Program-made: the position numbers and the translations under genes
In this document: piece after piece, positions 1 to 10,179 of the stretch
Layout: each line of letters starts with the position of its first letter
Numbering within the stretch: the first letter of the stretch is position 1
The notes under the pieces: generated by a model
Database searches by the model: none
The model's input: only the letters and a program-made list of their open reading frames with translations
Told to the model about the DNA's origin: nothing
DNA from: Verrucomicrobiales bacterium
Lineage (GTDB): Bacteria > Verrucomicrobiota > Verrucomicrobiia > Verrucomicrobiales > V1-33
DNA length: 19,817 nt
Direction: 5' to 3'
NCBI GenBank assembly: GCA_031411295.1
Contig: JANOAV010000173.1
Coordinates: 1-19,817 of the forward strand

Positions 1-150
1 CCTGAAGGAAGCGATGTCCTCGCTGGCACGGGAGAACACAGGCATCTGACCATTGAAGTAAATGACCCGCCCATCAAAACGCTGAAAGCCAAGCTCCGGC
101 GTAATAAGAGTGCAAGCGTCTGAGAAAATGGGAAGTTGAGGATGAGGCAC
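1..150 (-). CDS. N-terminal 50 codons of a helix-turn-helix/putative transposase-associated protein, running off the window edge
   Basis: Not in the ORF track. Manual translation from GTG at 150 gives (M)PHPQLPIFSDACTLITPELGFQRFDGRVIYFNGQMPVFSRASEDIASFR with no stop. From memory it resembles the N-terminus 'MPQ.QLPIFP.G...I..ELA....DG.V.YFNG.MPVFSH...D..SFR' of HTH proteins in unclassified IS elements; not database-checked. Confidence 0.7.
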   Translation of the reverse strand, partial: MPHPQLPIFSDACTLITPELGFQRFDGRVIYFNGQMPVFSRASEDIASFR

Positions 151-250
151 AGCCAAAAAGTAACCAATACCCCTCCAAAGTCTAGCTCAATGACTTTCCA
201 GCATCCCATCTCTTCCCCTTGTCACTACGTCCGCAGGTCAGGATGTCTGA
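1..250 (-). mobile_element. Probable end of an insertion sequence, with a candidate terminal inverted repeat at about 236-250 (GGTCAGGATGTCTGA)
   Basis: Contains the transposase-like ORF start. Homology of the adjacent REP-containing repeat to its 14401 copy stops at about 256. The other IS end is outside the window, so the TIR cannot be confirmed. Confidence 0.45.
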
Positions 251-255
251 GGCTA

Positions 256-313
256 GCTCCGAACTCGAATGCGCACGCTAACGCCTGCCGTCACGCGGAG
301 CGATGACGGCTAC
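256..313 (-). repeat. REP-like GTAG palindrome (285-313) plus flank, homologous to 14401-14458
   Basis: 285-313 is the exact reverse complement of 14401-14429 (GTAGCCGTCATCGCTCCGCGTGACGGCAG, 29/29). Ungapped alignment over 58 nt gives 50/58 identity by hand count. Confidence 0.9.
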
Positions 314-1512
314 AATTTATACTGTGGGATCTTCAACAGTTCACCGTCTTTGAGCGCAGACTGGTGCGCCACGATGCCGGCGGCGGTTAAATTTAGCGCC
401 ATGCAAACATCCACCAGGGGCTGGCGGTCTTGGAGAATGGCGGTGATGAATTCGTTGGTTAGGTGTCCATGCGATCCACCGTGCCCACCGGCTTCCACGC
501 CCGGTGGCAGCGGGGGACGATTGGTCTTAACTTGAGGCAAGGTGCCGCCCTCGAACTTGTCATAGAAGGAGGCTTGCTGTCCCCGCACGCGCCCCATCTC
601 TCCGCCTTTGCCTGGGGTGTCCCAACTGACGGCCATGCGGGCGCTGCCGCCTTCGCTGGTGCGGAAAAGGGCGATTTCCGTGCCGAAGGGGTTTTTATAC
701 GGATTGCCGGAGGGCTTCAGATGCTCCGTGACACTGGGCATTCCCATGCAGGAAACTTCGGTAAAGCTTCCGCCGCTCACGCAACAATAGTAGGCATTGG
801 AATGCGTGGGGTAATACTGCGGCGGCAGTCCGATGCGCCAGCCTTTGTAGGAATCGATGGGTTGGGCCATGTAGTGATAATATTCGCCCTCGGCATAGAC
901 CAGCTTCCCGAAGCCACCGGCTTGGTAAATTTGCCGCATGGCGTATAAGTCTTCGTGGAACGCGGACGTCTCGAACATCATGTATTTCAACTTACTCTGC
1001 TTCACAGCTTTAAATAAAGCTTCCCCATCTTCCAGCGATCCGAAGACCGCAGGCACCGCACAAGCGACGTGTTTGCCATGGGCGAGCGCAGTGATAACGT
1101 GCTTGGCATGACTGGGGGCATCAGTGGCGATCCAGACGGCTTCGATCTTGTCGTCCTTGACCATTTCCTCCAGGGAGGGGTAAATTTTCTGGCACTTGCA
1201 GGCCTTGGCCAAGGCGGCGGCACGGTCGGGCAGGAGGTCGGTGACTGCGACAACTTCTACGTTAGGATGATTCTGGAATCCAAACGCGGCTCCAAACTGA
1301 CACACCCCAAATCCGGCAATGCCCACGCGGATCTTCCGATCTGAAACGGGCTGCCATCCTTTGGTAGCCTGCGGATCCTCCGGGGCTTTTTCGAATCCTG
1401 GGATGACTTTTTCTTCAGCTCCCTGAGCCCCCAAAGCTGAACTGCCGGTCAGGAGTGCCGCCCGTTGCAGGAAGGTGCGGCGTGAATTGCTGGGCGCGAG
1501 GTTTGATTTCAT
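310..1512 (-). CDS. Tat-exported Gfo/Idh/MocA family NAD(P)-dependent oxidoreductase
   Basis: Twin-arginine signal SRRTFLQ; Rossmann motif IRVGIAGFG; 'EAVWIATDAPSHAKH...GKHVACAVP'; C-terminal 'GGHGGSH...EFI.AI...R.P.VDV'. Confidence 0.92.
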   Translation of the reverse strand: MKSNLAPSNSRRTFLQRAALLTGSSALGAQGAEEKVIPGFEKAPEDPQATKGWQPVSDRKIRVGIAGFGVCQFGAAFGFQNHPNVEVVAVTDLLPDRAAALAKACKCQKIYPSLEEMVKDDKIEAVWIATDAPSHAKHVITALAHGKHVACAVPAVFGSLEDGEALFKAVKQSKLKYMMFETSAFHEDLYAMRQIYQAGGFGKLVYAEGEYYHYMAQPIDSYKGWRIGLPPQYYPTHSNAYYCCVSGGSFTEVSCMGMPSVTEHLKPSGNPYKNPFGTEIALFRTSEGGSARMAVSWDTPGKGGEMGRVRGQQASFYDKFEGGTLPQVKTNRPPLPPGVEAGGHGGSHGHLTNEFITAILQDRQPLVDVCMALNLTAAGIVAHQSALKDGELLKIPQYKL

Positions 1513-1554
1513 GGTAGGTGCGGTGCTTGGTCTGAGGAATCGGATGGGCCAAGT

Positions 1555-2361
1555 TCATTTCGGCTCCAACGATTTCAGTTCTATCTTGCGGAACCACACC
1601 GGCTGACCTTTGGCCTGCAGGGCAATGTGGCCGTAACTCAGCATCAGATTGCTTCCCGCTTTGAGCAGTTCGCTGGCCGGTGCGTTGTCATTTTTTGGAT
1701 CGAGTTGGGGGCGCTGGTAACGCAGGACTTCCACGCCATTGATGCGGTGGATGATCTCCTCGTTGCCGTGCACCTCGACTTCGGCTCGAACCCACTCCTC
1801 CGCAGGGAAGGTGGGCGCGCTGGATTTCACAATGTGCTGAGTGATAAGTTTGCCGCCCATTTCCACGTTGGTTCCAGGAGTGCAGAGGTTGGCGGTCGAG
1901 CGCTCGCCTTTGCCTTCATCCGCCAAAAACTGCATTTCCAGACTGCTGGGGAACCCTTGGGCGAAGAGCATGCTTTGGGGGGATTGGGCATGGATCATGA
2001 TGCCGCTATTGAGGTTCACGTAGCTCGGTGCATCCGGCATCATTTTGCCGATGAAGCGATACTCCAGTCGGAAGAGGTAGTGCGAGTAAGCGATGTTGGT
2101 AAAGAGGTGGCCATACTGCTTGTCGAATTTCTCATAGCCGTCGTAGCTGACTTTGAGGATTCCGTCCTCGACTTGGAACGTCTTGGCATGATTTTCCCCC
2201 AGGGGATGCTTGGCAATTTTGATGGTCCATCCGTCCAGATTTTTGCCGTTGAACAGGGACACCCAATCAGCAGCTTCATCCGCCGAGTGGGCCCGAGGCA
2301 TCAGGGACAGGGAGCAGAGCAGGGGGAGAAATGCCAGGGAGTTTCGAAGCAGTGGGCGCAT
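1555..2361 (-). CDS. Secreted DUF1080 (3-keto-disaccharide hydrolase-like) protein
   Basis: Motifs WVSLFNGKNLDGW, NSGIMIH, EMQFL, NGVEV, GHIALQ.....VWFRKI. ATG at 2361 precedes a Sec signal (MRPLLRNSLAFLPLLCSLSLMPRAHS) and is preferred over the track start at 2382. Confidence 0.92.
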   Translation of the reverse strand: MRPLLRNSLAFLPLLCSLSLMPRAHSADEAADWVSLFNGKNLDGWTIKIAKHPLGENHAKTFQVEDGILKVSYDGYEKFDKQYGHLFTNIAYSHYLFRLEYRFIGKMMPDAPSYVNLNSGIMIHAQSPQSMLFAQGFPSSLEMQFLADEGKGERSTANLCTPGTNVEMGGKLITQHIVKSSAPTFPAEEWVRAEVEVHGNEEIIHRINGVEVLRYQRPQLDPKNDNAPASELLKAGSNLMLSYGHIALQAKGQPVWFRKIELKSLEPK

Positions 2362-2450
2362 GACGCAGTCTGTCGCAACCAAGCCGTGTTTCCAAGCGAA
2401 AAAGCGCTTACCGCCAACATTCGCAACATTCGAGGTGGGAGATGGTTCTG

Positions 2451-3086
2451 CTAGAACAAGGCGGCCTGGGCCAGCTTGCGAGCACCGGGTAACCCAGGCT
2501 TGCCGGAAGCGGGGGCGGGAAGTCCCATGGGGACATGGGTCGGAGGGCGTGGCATGGAGGCCGGAGGTGGGAAAGGCGCGGCCGCAGGTGCGGGGCCTCC
2601 CAAGAGCGTGAATGGAGAGGCCGGAGCAATCCGAGGAGGAAGAATGACGACGCTGCAGTTGGGGCAGGGGGCCGCCTGACCATCGTAATTTTCCGGCTGC
2701 TTAATGATGAGAATCGCCAAACAGGACGGGCAGTTGAACCCAATCTGCTTGACCTTGGAAAGTTGCTTGGCGGGATTCGGATGAGCTTGACCGGGAACTT
2801 CCCGCGGCGCGATGTGGGTGGGCTGTTGCGGAACGGGCGGGCTTGCCGGGATTGCAGTCTGAACCACCCCACGACGAGGAGGTAACCTTTTGTCTGCAGG
2901 CAACGCACTCAGCGGGGCGAAACGACCACAGCTAGGTTCCCTTGCGGAGGATTGAGTAACCGCAGGCGGCAGCCCGCCAAATGCTGCATCACCAAAGGAT
3001 TGTTGAGGTGGAGCAACTGGCGGTGCATAACCAGGGATTGGCATGGGGGCAAATCCTGGTGGGTTGATGGGTGAGGGTCCGTCCAT
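2451..3086 (-). CDS. Proline-rich protein with a central zinc ribbon (CPSC...CPNC)
   Basis: 211-aa ORF with low-complexity Pro/Ala flanks around GFNCPSCLAILIIKQPENYDGQAAPCPNCSVVILPP; AT-rich upstream region. Confidence 0.75.
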   Translation of the reverse strand: MDGPSPINPPGFAPMPIPGYAPPVAPPQQSFGDAAFGGLPPAVTQSSAREPSCGRFAPLSALPADKRLPPRRGVVQTAIPASPPVPQQPTHIAPREVPGQAHPNPAKQLSKVKQIGFNCPSCLAILIIKQPENYDGQAAPCPNCSVVILPPRIAPASPFTLLGGPAPAAAPFPPPASMPRPPTHVPMGLPAPASGKPGLPGARKLAQAALF

Positions 3087-3120
3087 AGCTTTATTAAGAC
3101 CATTTAACTATTTCTCGCTT

Positions 3121-3150
3121 AGAGTATCAAGTGGAAAATTCCCAATTTTC
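3121..3150 (-). promoter_or_regulatory. Candidate extended -10 (TGATACTCT, 3129-3121) with an upstream operator-like inverted repeat GAAAATT-CCC-AATTTTC (3134-3150)
   Basis: Perfect 7-3-7 inverted repeat in the AT-rich divergent intergenic region; TGn-TAnnnT match about 35 nt upstream of the ATG at 3086. Confidence 0.4.
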
Positions 3151-3255
3151 AATAAATTCTGTCATCAGGAATCGAGGGATGCAGCCACCGCCCTCACCCG
3201 CTTAGGCGAGACCGAGGCTCTTGCTTTGCCGCAGTGGCCAGTTTACCGATGAGCT

Positions 3256-6324
<3,069 letters not shown>

Positions 6325-6326
6325 TC

Positions 6327-6354
6327 GTGGGGCAGCGTTCTGATGCCGCGCTAC
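6327..6354 (-). repeat. Imperfect hairpin or degenerate GTAG REP between convergent genes (possible terminator)
   Basis: Minus strand reads GTAGCGCGGCATCAGAACGCTGCCCCAC. The segment ATGCCGNGCTACGT matches 10167-10180 at 13/14. Confidence 0.45.
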
Positions 6355-6367
6355 GTGGCAGTGCCGA

Positions 6368-7963
6368 TTATGGACGAACGACTTCCACCTCGACTCGGAC
6401 GAACAATTTTAACCTACCCGAAAATCGAATTGAACTAGCTTGCGCAGCGCCATTTCCTAGCACTGTGAGGTCAGGGATGGTCGGCCAGCCTGCTGCTAAA
6501 TTATTGGTGCTGTAAACCTTGTATCGTCGGCCGACGACGGTGTTCCAGCGCACTCGGAGAAACGGCCCCTGCGCGTCACTCGCGGCTTCTGTGCTAATAA
6601 TTTCAAATCGAGAATTGGCATCTAATGGATTCAAGCCTGCCAGATATTCAGCGAGGTTGGTTTTTCCATCCCCATCACTATCGGCGGAGGCGCTCATAGC
6701 CGTGCGGTTTCCTGTTTGGAACTTTTCCCACCAGTCTGGAATGCCATCTGAGTCTGTATCAGTGAAAGCACCACCCGTGTCGCAGGTGAAGATGTTGCCT
6801 GTAGCATCCACGAGGATTAAATATCCAAACCGTGAGGGATCGCTCCCTGCGTTGTATTCTTGGAGATTCGTGAGTGCGTCGTTATCCAAATTCCCACTTC
6901 CATCTGCCACCAAACGATTCAGCCCATATTTATCCTCCCACCAGTCTGGCATTCCATCATGGTCCGTGTCAGGGCTATAGCCGCCGTTGAGTCCACCTGT
7001 GTCGGTTAAAAAGTTGAGCGATGCCACCGAACTTGGCCCCTTCCAATCGTCCACCAGCGGGTTCGTCCCTGCGTTGTATTCGGCCAAATTGTTGCGTCCA
7101 TCTAGATCAGGATCTGCGGCCGCATCTGCCACCAATGGGTTCGTGCCGAACGCGGATTCCCAGACGTCTGGAATTCCATCGTTGTCTGTGTCAGGAAGCC
7201 GACCTACGAAATCGCCCACGAAGAGCGGAGAGTAGTTTAAGCCTTGGCCACCCTCCCCTGGCGTGGTGGGATTAGAACCAGTCCTGTATTCCTGAACGTT
7301 TGTCAGGCCGTCATGGTCAGGATCTAATCCTCCATCGTTGGCTCCGATTTCGAGGCCATAGCGTGCTTCCCACCAGTCTGGCATTCCATCTCCATCAGAG
7401 TCAGCAGTAAATCCAGCCGGATAAGCTCCAGTATTGGCGGTAAATGAAGCAGACTGGGCAAATAGTGTCGCGAGTATATCTGCCACCTTTGGGTTCGTTC
7501 CGGCGTTGTATTCCGCCAGGTTGTTCCGCCCATCCAAATCAGAATCAATACTAGCATCATTCACTGCGGGATTTAACCCATTCGCCAGTTCCCAAGCATC
7601 AGGCATCCCATCCCCGTCTTGATCTGGAGCGACGGAGCGCAGAGCTAAAGTGAAAACGCCAGACTCGGCGGAACGTGCCAGCGCATAGTCCGCCACCTGC
7701 GGATTGGTTCCAGCGTTGTATTCTGCCAGGTTGTTCAAATAATCCCCATCGGGGTTCGCTGCGGCATCGTTTACCGAAGGGTTCAATCCGTTGGCGATTT
7801 CCCACGCATTGGGCATTTTGTCCCCAACCGTATCCAAGATATGCACCGAGGTATCCACCTGAAAGACAGTTGACTCCGCTTCTGAAGCCGCACGCAAGCA
7901 CGCAGTTCCCATGCTTAGCGATAAGCAGAGGAGGAGGGTGGTGTTGGCAGGCTTGTGCGACAT
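6368..7963 (-). CDS. Secreted protein with six 70-74 aa Ca-binding DxDxDG (thrombospondin type 3-like) repeat units and a C-terminal beta-rich domain
   Basis: Signal peptide; six units of D.D.DG[MI]PD.WE...GL.P...D...D.D.DG..NL.EY.AG.NP; ends in 'RWNTVVGRRYKVYSTNNL..W...LFVRVEV'. Confidence 0.88.
   Translation of the reverse strand: MSHKPANTTLLLCLSLSMGTACLRAASEAESTVFQVDTSVHILDTVGDKMPNAWEIANGLNPSVNDAAANPDGDYLNNLAEYNAGTNPQVADYALARSAESGVFTLALRSVAPDQDGDGMPDAWELANGLNPAVNDASIDSDLDGRNNLAEYNAGTNPKVADILATLFAQSASFTANTGAYPAGFTADSDGDGMPDWWEARYGLEIGANDGGLDPDHDGLTNVQEYRTGSNPTTPGEGGQGLNYSPLFVGDFVGRLPDTDNDGIPDVWESAFGTNPLVADAAADPDLDGRNNLAEYNAGTNPLVDDWKGPSSVASLNFLTDTGGLNGGYSPDTDHDGMPDWWEDKYGLNRLVADGSGNLDNDALTNLQEYNAGSDPSRFGYLILVDATGNIFTCDTGGAFTDTDSDGIPDWWEKFQTGNRTAMSASADSDGDGKTNLAEYLAGLNPLDANSRFEIISTEAASDAQGPFLRVRWNTVVGRRYKVYSTNNLAAGWPTIPDLTVLGNGAAQASSIRFSGRLKLFVRVEVEVVRP
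6614..7879 (-). repeat. Six tandem intragenic repeat units (spacing 70, 70, 74, 70, 74 aa)
   Basis: Units start at aa 29, 99, 169, 243, 313 and 387; NNLAEYNAGTNP recurs exactly three times. Confidence 0.9.
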
Positions 7964-7994
7964 GATCTGAAACGGGGTGAGGCGGATCAGTTCC

Positions 7995-9230
7995 TCATGG
8001 TGTGCTGCGGCGGATCACTCGGAAACCGATGTTAATGCCATTGGTGCCGTTGTTGTATGTGGTAAGTGGGCTTGTCGGTCTTCGGAAAATTTGACTATTA
8101 TTGCCTTGGTAATCAATCAGACTTGAGCCACGAGCGATTCGATCACTTGCGGAAGTTAACGCATGGTTAGCTGCAGCAAGCGTTTCCAATTGGTTATAAG
8201 ATTCCAAGGCGATAGTAAGACTTCGAGTCCATTCTGCAACATTTCCGATGATGTCGTATAAACCATAGCCGTTCTTCATATCGGGACCGAAGGGAGTTTG
8301 GTTTCCGCTGTAATAGCCTACGGGCGTTTTGGAAAGTCCGGCCTCATAAGGATCTCCGCTGTTGCCATAATTTGCGTTTCCACCCGTCATCGAATTACCC
8401 CAAGGGTAAACCCAATGCTCATCTTGATCGTCGTGGTCTGGTCCGCGTGCAGCCTTTTCCCATTCGGCGTCGGTGGGTAAGTCGTAGCCATATTGTTGTG
8501 CGAAAGCGATGGCTCCATACCATGTCACCGTGACAGGGAAATTCCCACCATTCGGATTCACCTCAAAGTTGTTTACATTCCAGCGAATATCGTAAGTGTC
8601 ACCAATCTTTAATAGTTCCGCTCCTCCGGCAACTCCAGTCCAGTGTCCTCCCACGGCCTTCACACTAGTCGTCGTTCCATTGCGGGTAACTCGCCCAGCG
8701 GCTAGCGCTAGATTCAGAAATTCCGCATACTGATCGTTTCTGATTTCGTATTTCGAAAGCCAGTATGACCAGGGAATATTCACGTGACGGGACGGGCCGC
8801 TGCCTTCCGCTCCTCCGTCCTGGCCTATGAGGAATCCTCCCGGTGGCACTTCGTTACCCCATTCCAGTCCGGGAAAACCTTTGGCATCCGAAGCAATCAC
8901 TTTCACCTTCATTTGATCGGAGTATTCGCCATCCCAATCCACCCCAGCGTCCCAAACGATGGTCTTACCGTTTCCAGGAGCCACATTGTCTCCGATGGCT
9001 CCAGTGAGCGCAAATGCGGGAACAGAATAAAGCACGCCCGCATTGTCGGAAACCTCAACGCGGATTTTTAGGAGATCCCCATCGGAGTCCGCCACATTGT
9101 AGGAAATATCAACCAACTTAGTGCCAGCACGCTGTGAGGCGGTGACATTGCTGACCACTGGAACTCCAGCTAGGGCCTCGCTGTGGCTGAACACAATCAA
9201 TGTTGGGATTAACAGGTGTCGTAGTTTCAT
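7995..9230 (-). CDS. Secreted FGE-sulfatase (SUMF1-like, C-type lectin fold) domain protein with an N-terminal Ig-like domain; probably non-catalytic
   Basis: Motifs SKYEIRNDQY.EFLN, PVTVTWYGA.AF, LPTDAEWEKAARG, YPWG, NGYGLYDIIGNVAEW, RIARG, NIGFRV. No cysteine anywhere in the protein. N-terminal 'VSNVTASQRAGTKLVDISY...IVWDAG.DW...KVKVIASD'. Confidence 0.9.
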   Translation of the reverse strand: MKLRHLLIPTLIVFSHSEALAGVPVVSNVTASQRAGTKLVDISYNVADSDGDLLKIRVEVSDNAGVLYSVPAFALTGAIGDNVAPGNGKTIVWDAGVDWDGEYSDQMKVKVIASDAKGFPGLEWGNEVPPGGFLIGQDGGAEGSGPSRHVNIPWSYWLSKYEIRNDQYAEFLNLALAAGRVTRNGTTTSVKAVGGHWTGVAGGAELLKIGDTYDIRWNVNNFEVNPNGGNFPVTVTWYGAIAFAQQYGYDLPTDAEWEKAARGPDHDDQDEHWVYPWGNSMTGGNANYGNSGDPYEAGLSKTPVGYYSGNQTPFGPDMKNGYGLYDIIGNVAEWTRSLTIALESYNQLETLAAANHALTSASDRIARGSSLIDYQGNNSQIFRRPTSPLTTYNNGTNGINIGFRVIRRSTP

Positions 9231-10054
9231 GGTTTAGGAGTGGAAGTTGGAGTTTTTTGAAGTTGGGTAGCGAACGAGCTTAGAAATGGCGTTAGCCAGT
9301 GATTGTTTTCAAGTGCGCTCTTTGTTTGTGGGGAGAGCTGACCCCGTGCGGCCTCGTCTCGTGCGTGGGCGAGGAGGTCAACTTGCTGCCGCAGATCACT
9401 CGGTTTAACTGCCGTCCACTTCAGTTCCGCATGAAGTGGAATCCATGTGGACTCGATTTGGATGCCCGAAATTTGGCGCTTTTCATCCAAAGCCACCAAC
9501 GCTTGGCTCATTCCTTTGTTGGGATCCAGGCTCTGGTCGGATGTTGAGAGGTAGGATGGTGACTGGTTTGTCGCTGCACTGTCCGCTACAGCGAAGAAAT
9601 CGGCTGTCGGTTCGCCCAGCACTTTGAACCGCAGCAAGCGGGAATCACTCGAAAGGGAAGGTTCTGCATAAGTGAGCGGCTTGGCCGATCCGAGTGCCGA
9701 AATTGTCAGCGTAGTTGAATCAGCCAAAAGGAACAGGTCCATGATGACAAAACGATCATTGCCCTCCTTCACGAGCACCCCAACTCCTTTGGTGTTGTTT
9801 GTCTCGATGGTGGCGATCCGTTTGGGACGTTTCGCCTCGTCTGCCGCAACCACCGCGGCTTTGATCGCCTCTCCAGGACACCCGCACTGCGGACACATCA
9901 CCGCACGACGAGAGACGAGGGAAGTGCAATCGGGGCACGGAAACAAATTTTGAGTGTCAGCTGCTGGCGCTGGAGCTAGGCAAACGAAATTTCCGACTAC
10001 GATGTGTAGCAGTGCGAGTCGGAAAATTAATTTGTGTGCTAGTGTGGGAATCAC
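9227..10054 (-). CDS. Hypothetical exported protein with a zinc ribbon and a degenerate trypsin-like region
   Basis: GTG start; hydrophobic N-terminus; CPDC...CPQCGCP; ATGA overlap (9227-9230) with the next gene suggests translational coupling. Confidence 0.72.
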   Translation of the reverse strand: MIPTLAHKLIFRLALLHIVVGNFVCLAPAPAADTQNLFPCPDCTSLVSRRAVMCPQCGCPGEAIKAAVVAADEAKRPKRIATIETNNTKGVGVLVKEGNDRFVIMDLFLLADSTTLTISALGSAKPLTYAEPSLSSDSRLLRFKVLGEPTADFFAVADSAATNQSPSYLSTSDQSLDPNKGMSQALVALDEKRQISGIQIESTWIPLHAELKWTAVKPSDLRQQVDLLAHARDEAARGQLSPQTKSALENNHWLTPFLSSFATQLQKTPTSTPKP

Positions 10055-10154
10055 ATATACTGTTAGAATGGGTGGGCTGCATGGTCAACAGGGTAATATG
10101 GAATTAATTACTACTGGCGTGAGTCCCGAACGTAGAAGGCTGCTGCGTGTCCCT

Positions 10155-10178
10155 CTCGGCATTGGAATGCCGAGCTAC
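10155..10178 (-). repeat. GTAG-tagged REP-like palindrome of a second family
   Basis: Minus strand GTAG-CTCGGCATT-CC-AATGCCGAG: perfect 9-bp arms, beginning just after the peptidase stop codon. Confidence 0.75.
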
Positions 10179-10179
10179 G

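Noticed and set aside
6614..7879. Regularly spaced repeats as a CRISPR array
   Set aside because: The repeats are in-frame, degenerate at synonymous positions and have a 210-222 nt period; no cas genes are present.
7995..9230. Active formylglycine-generating enzyme or a complete DGR
   Set aside because: The protein has no cysteines, and no reverse transcriptase, avd or template repeat was seen in the window.
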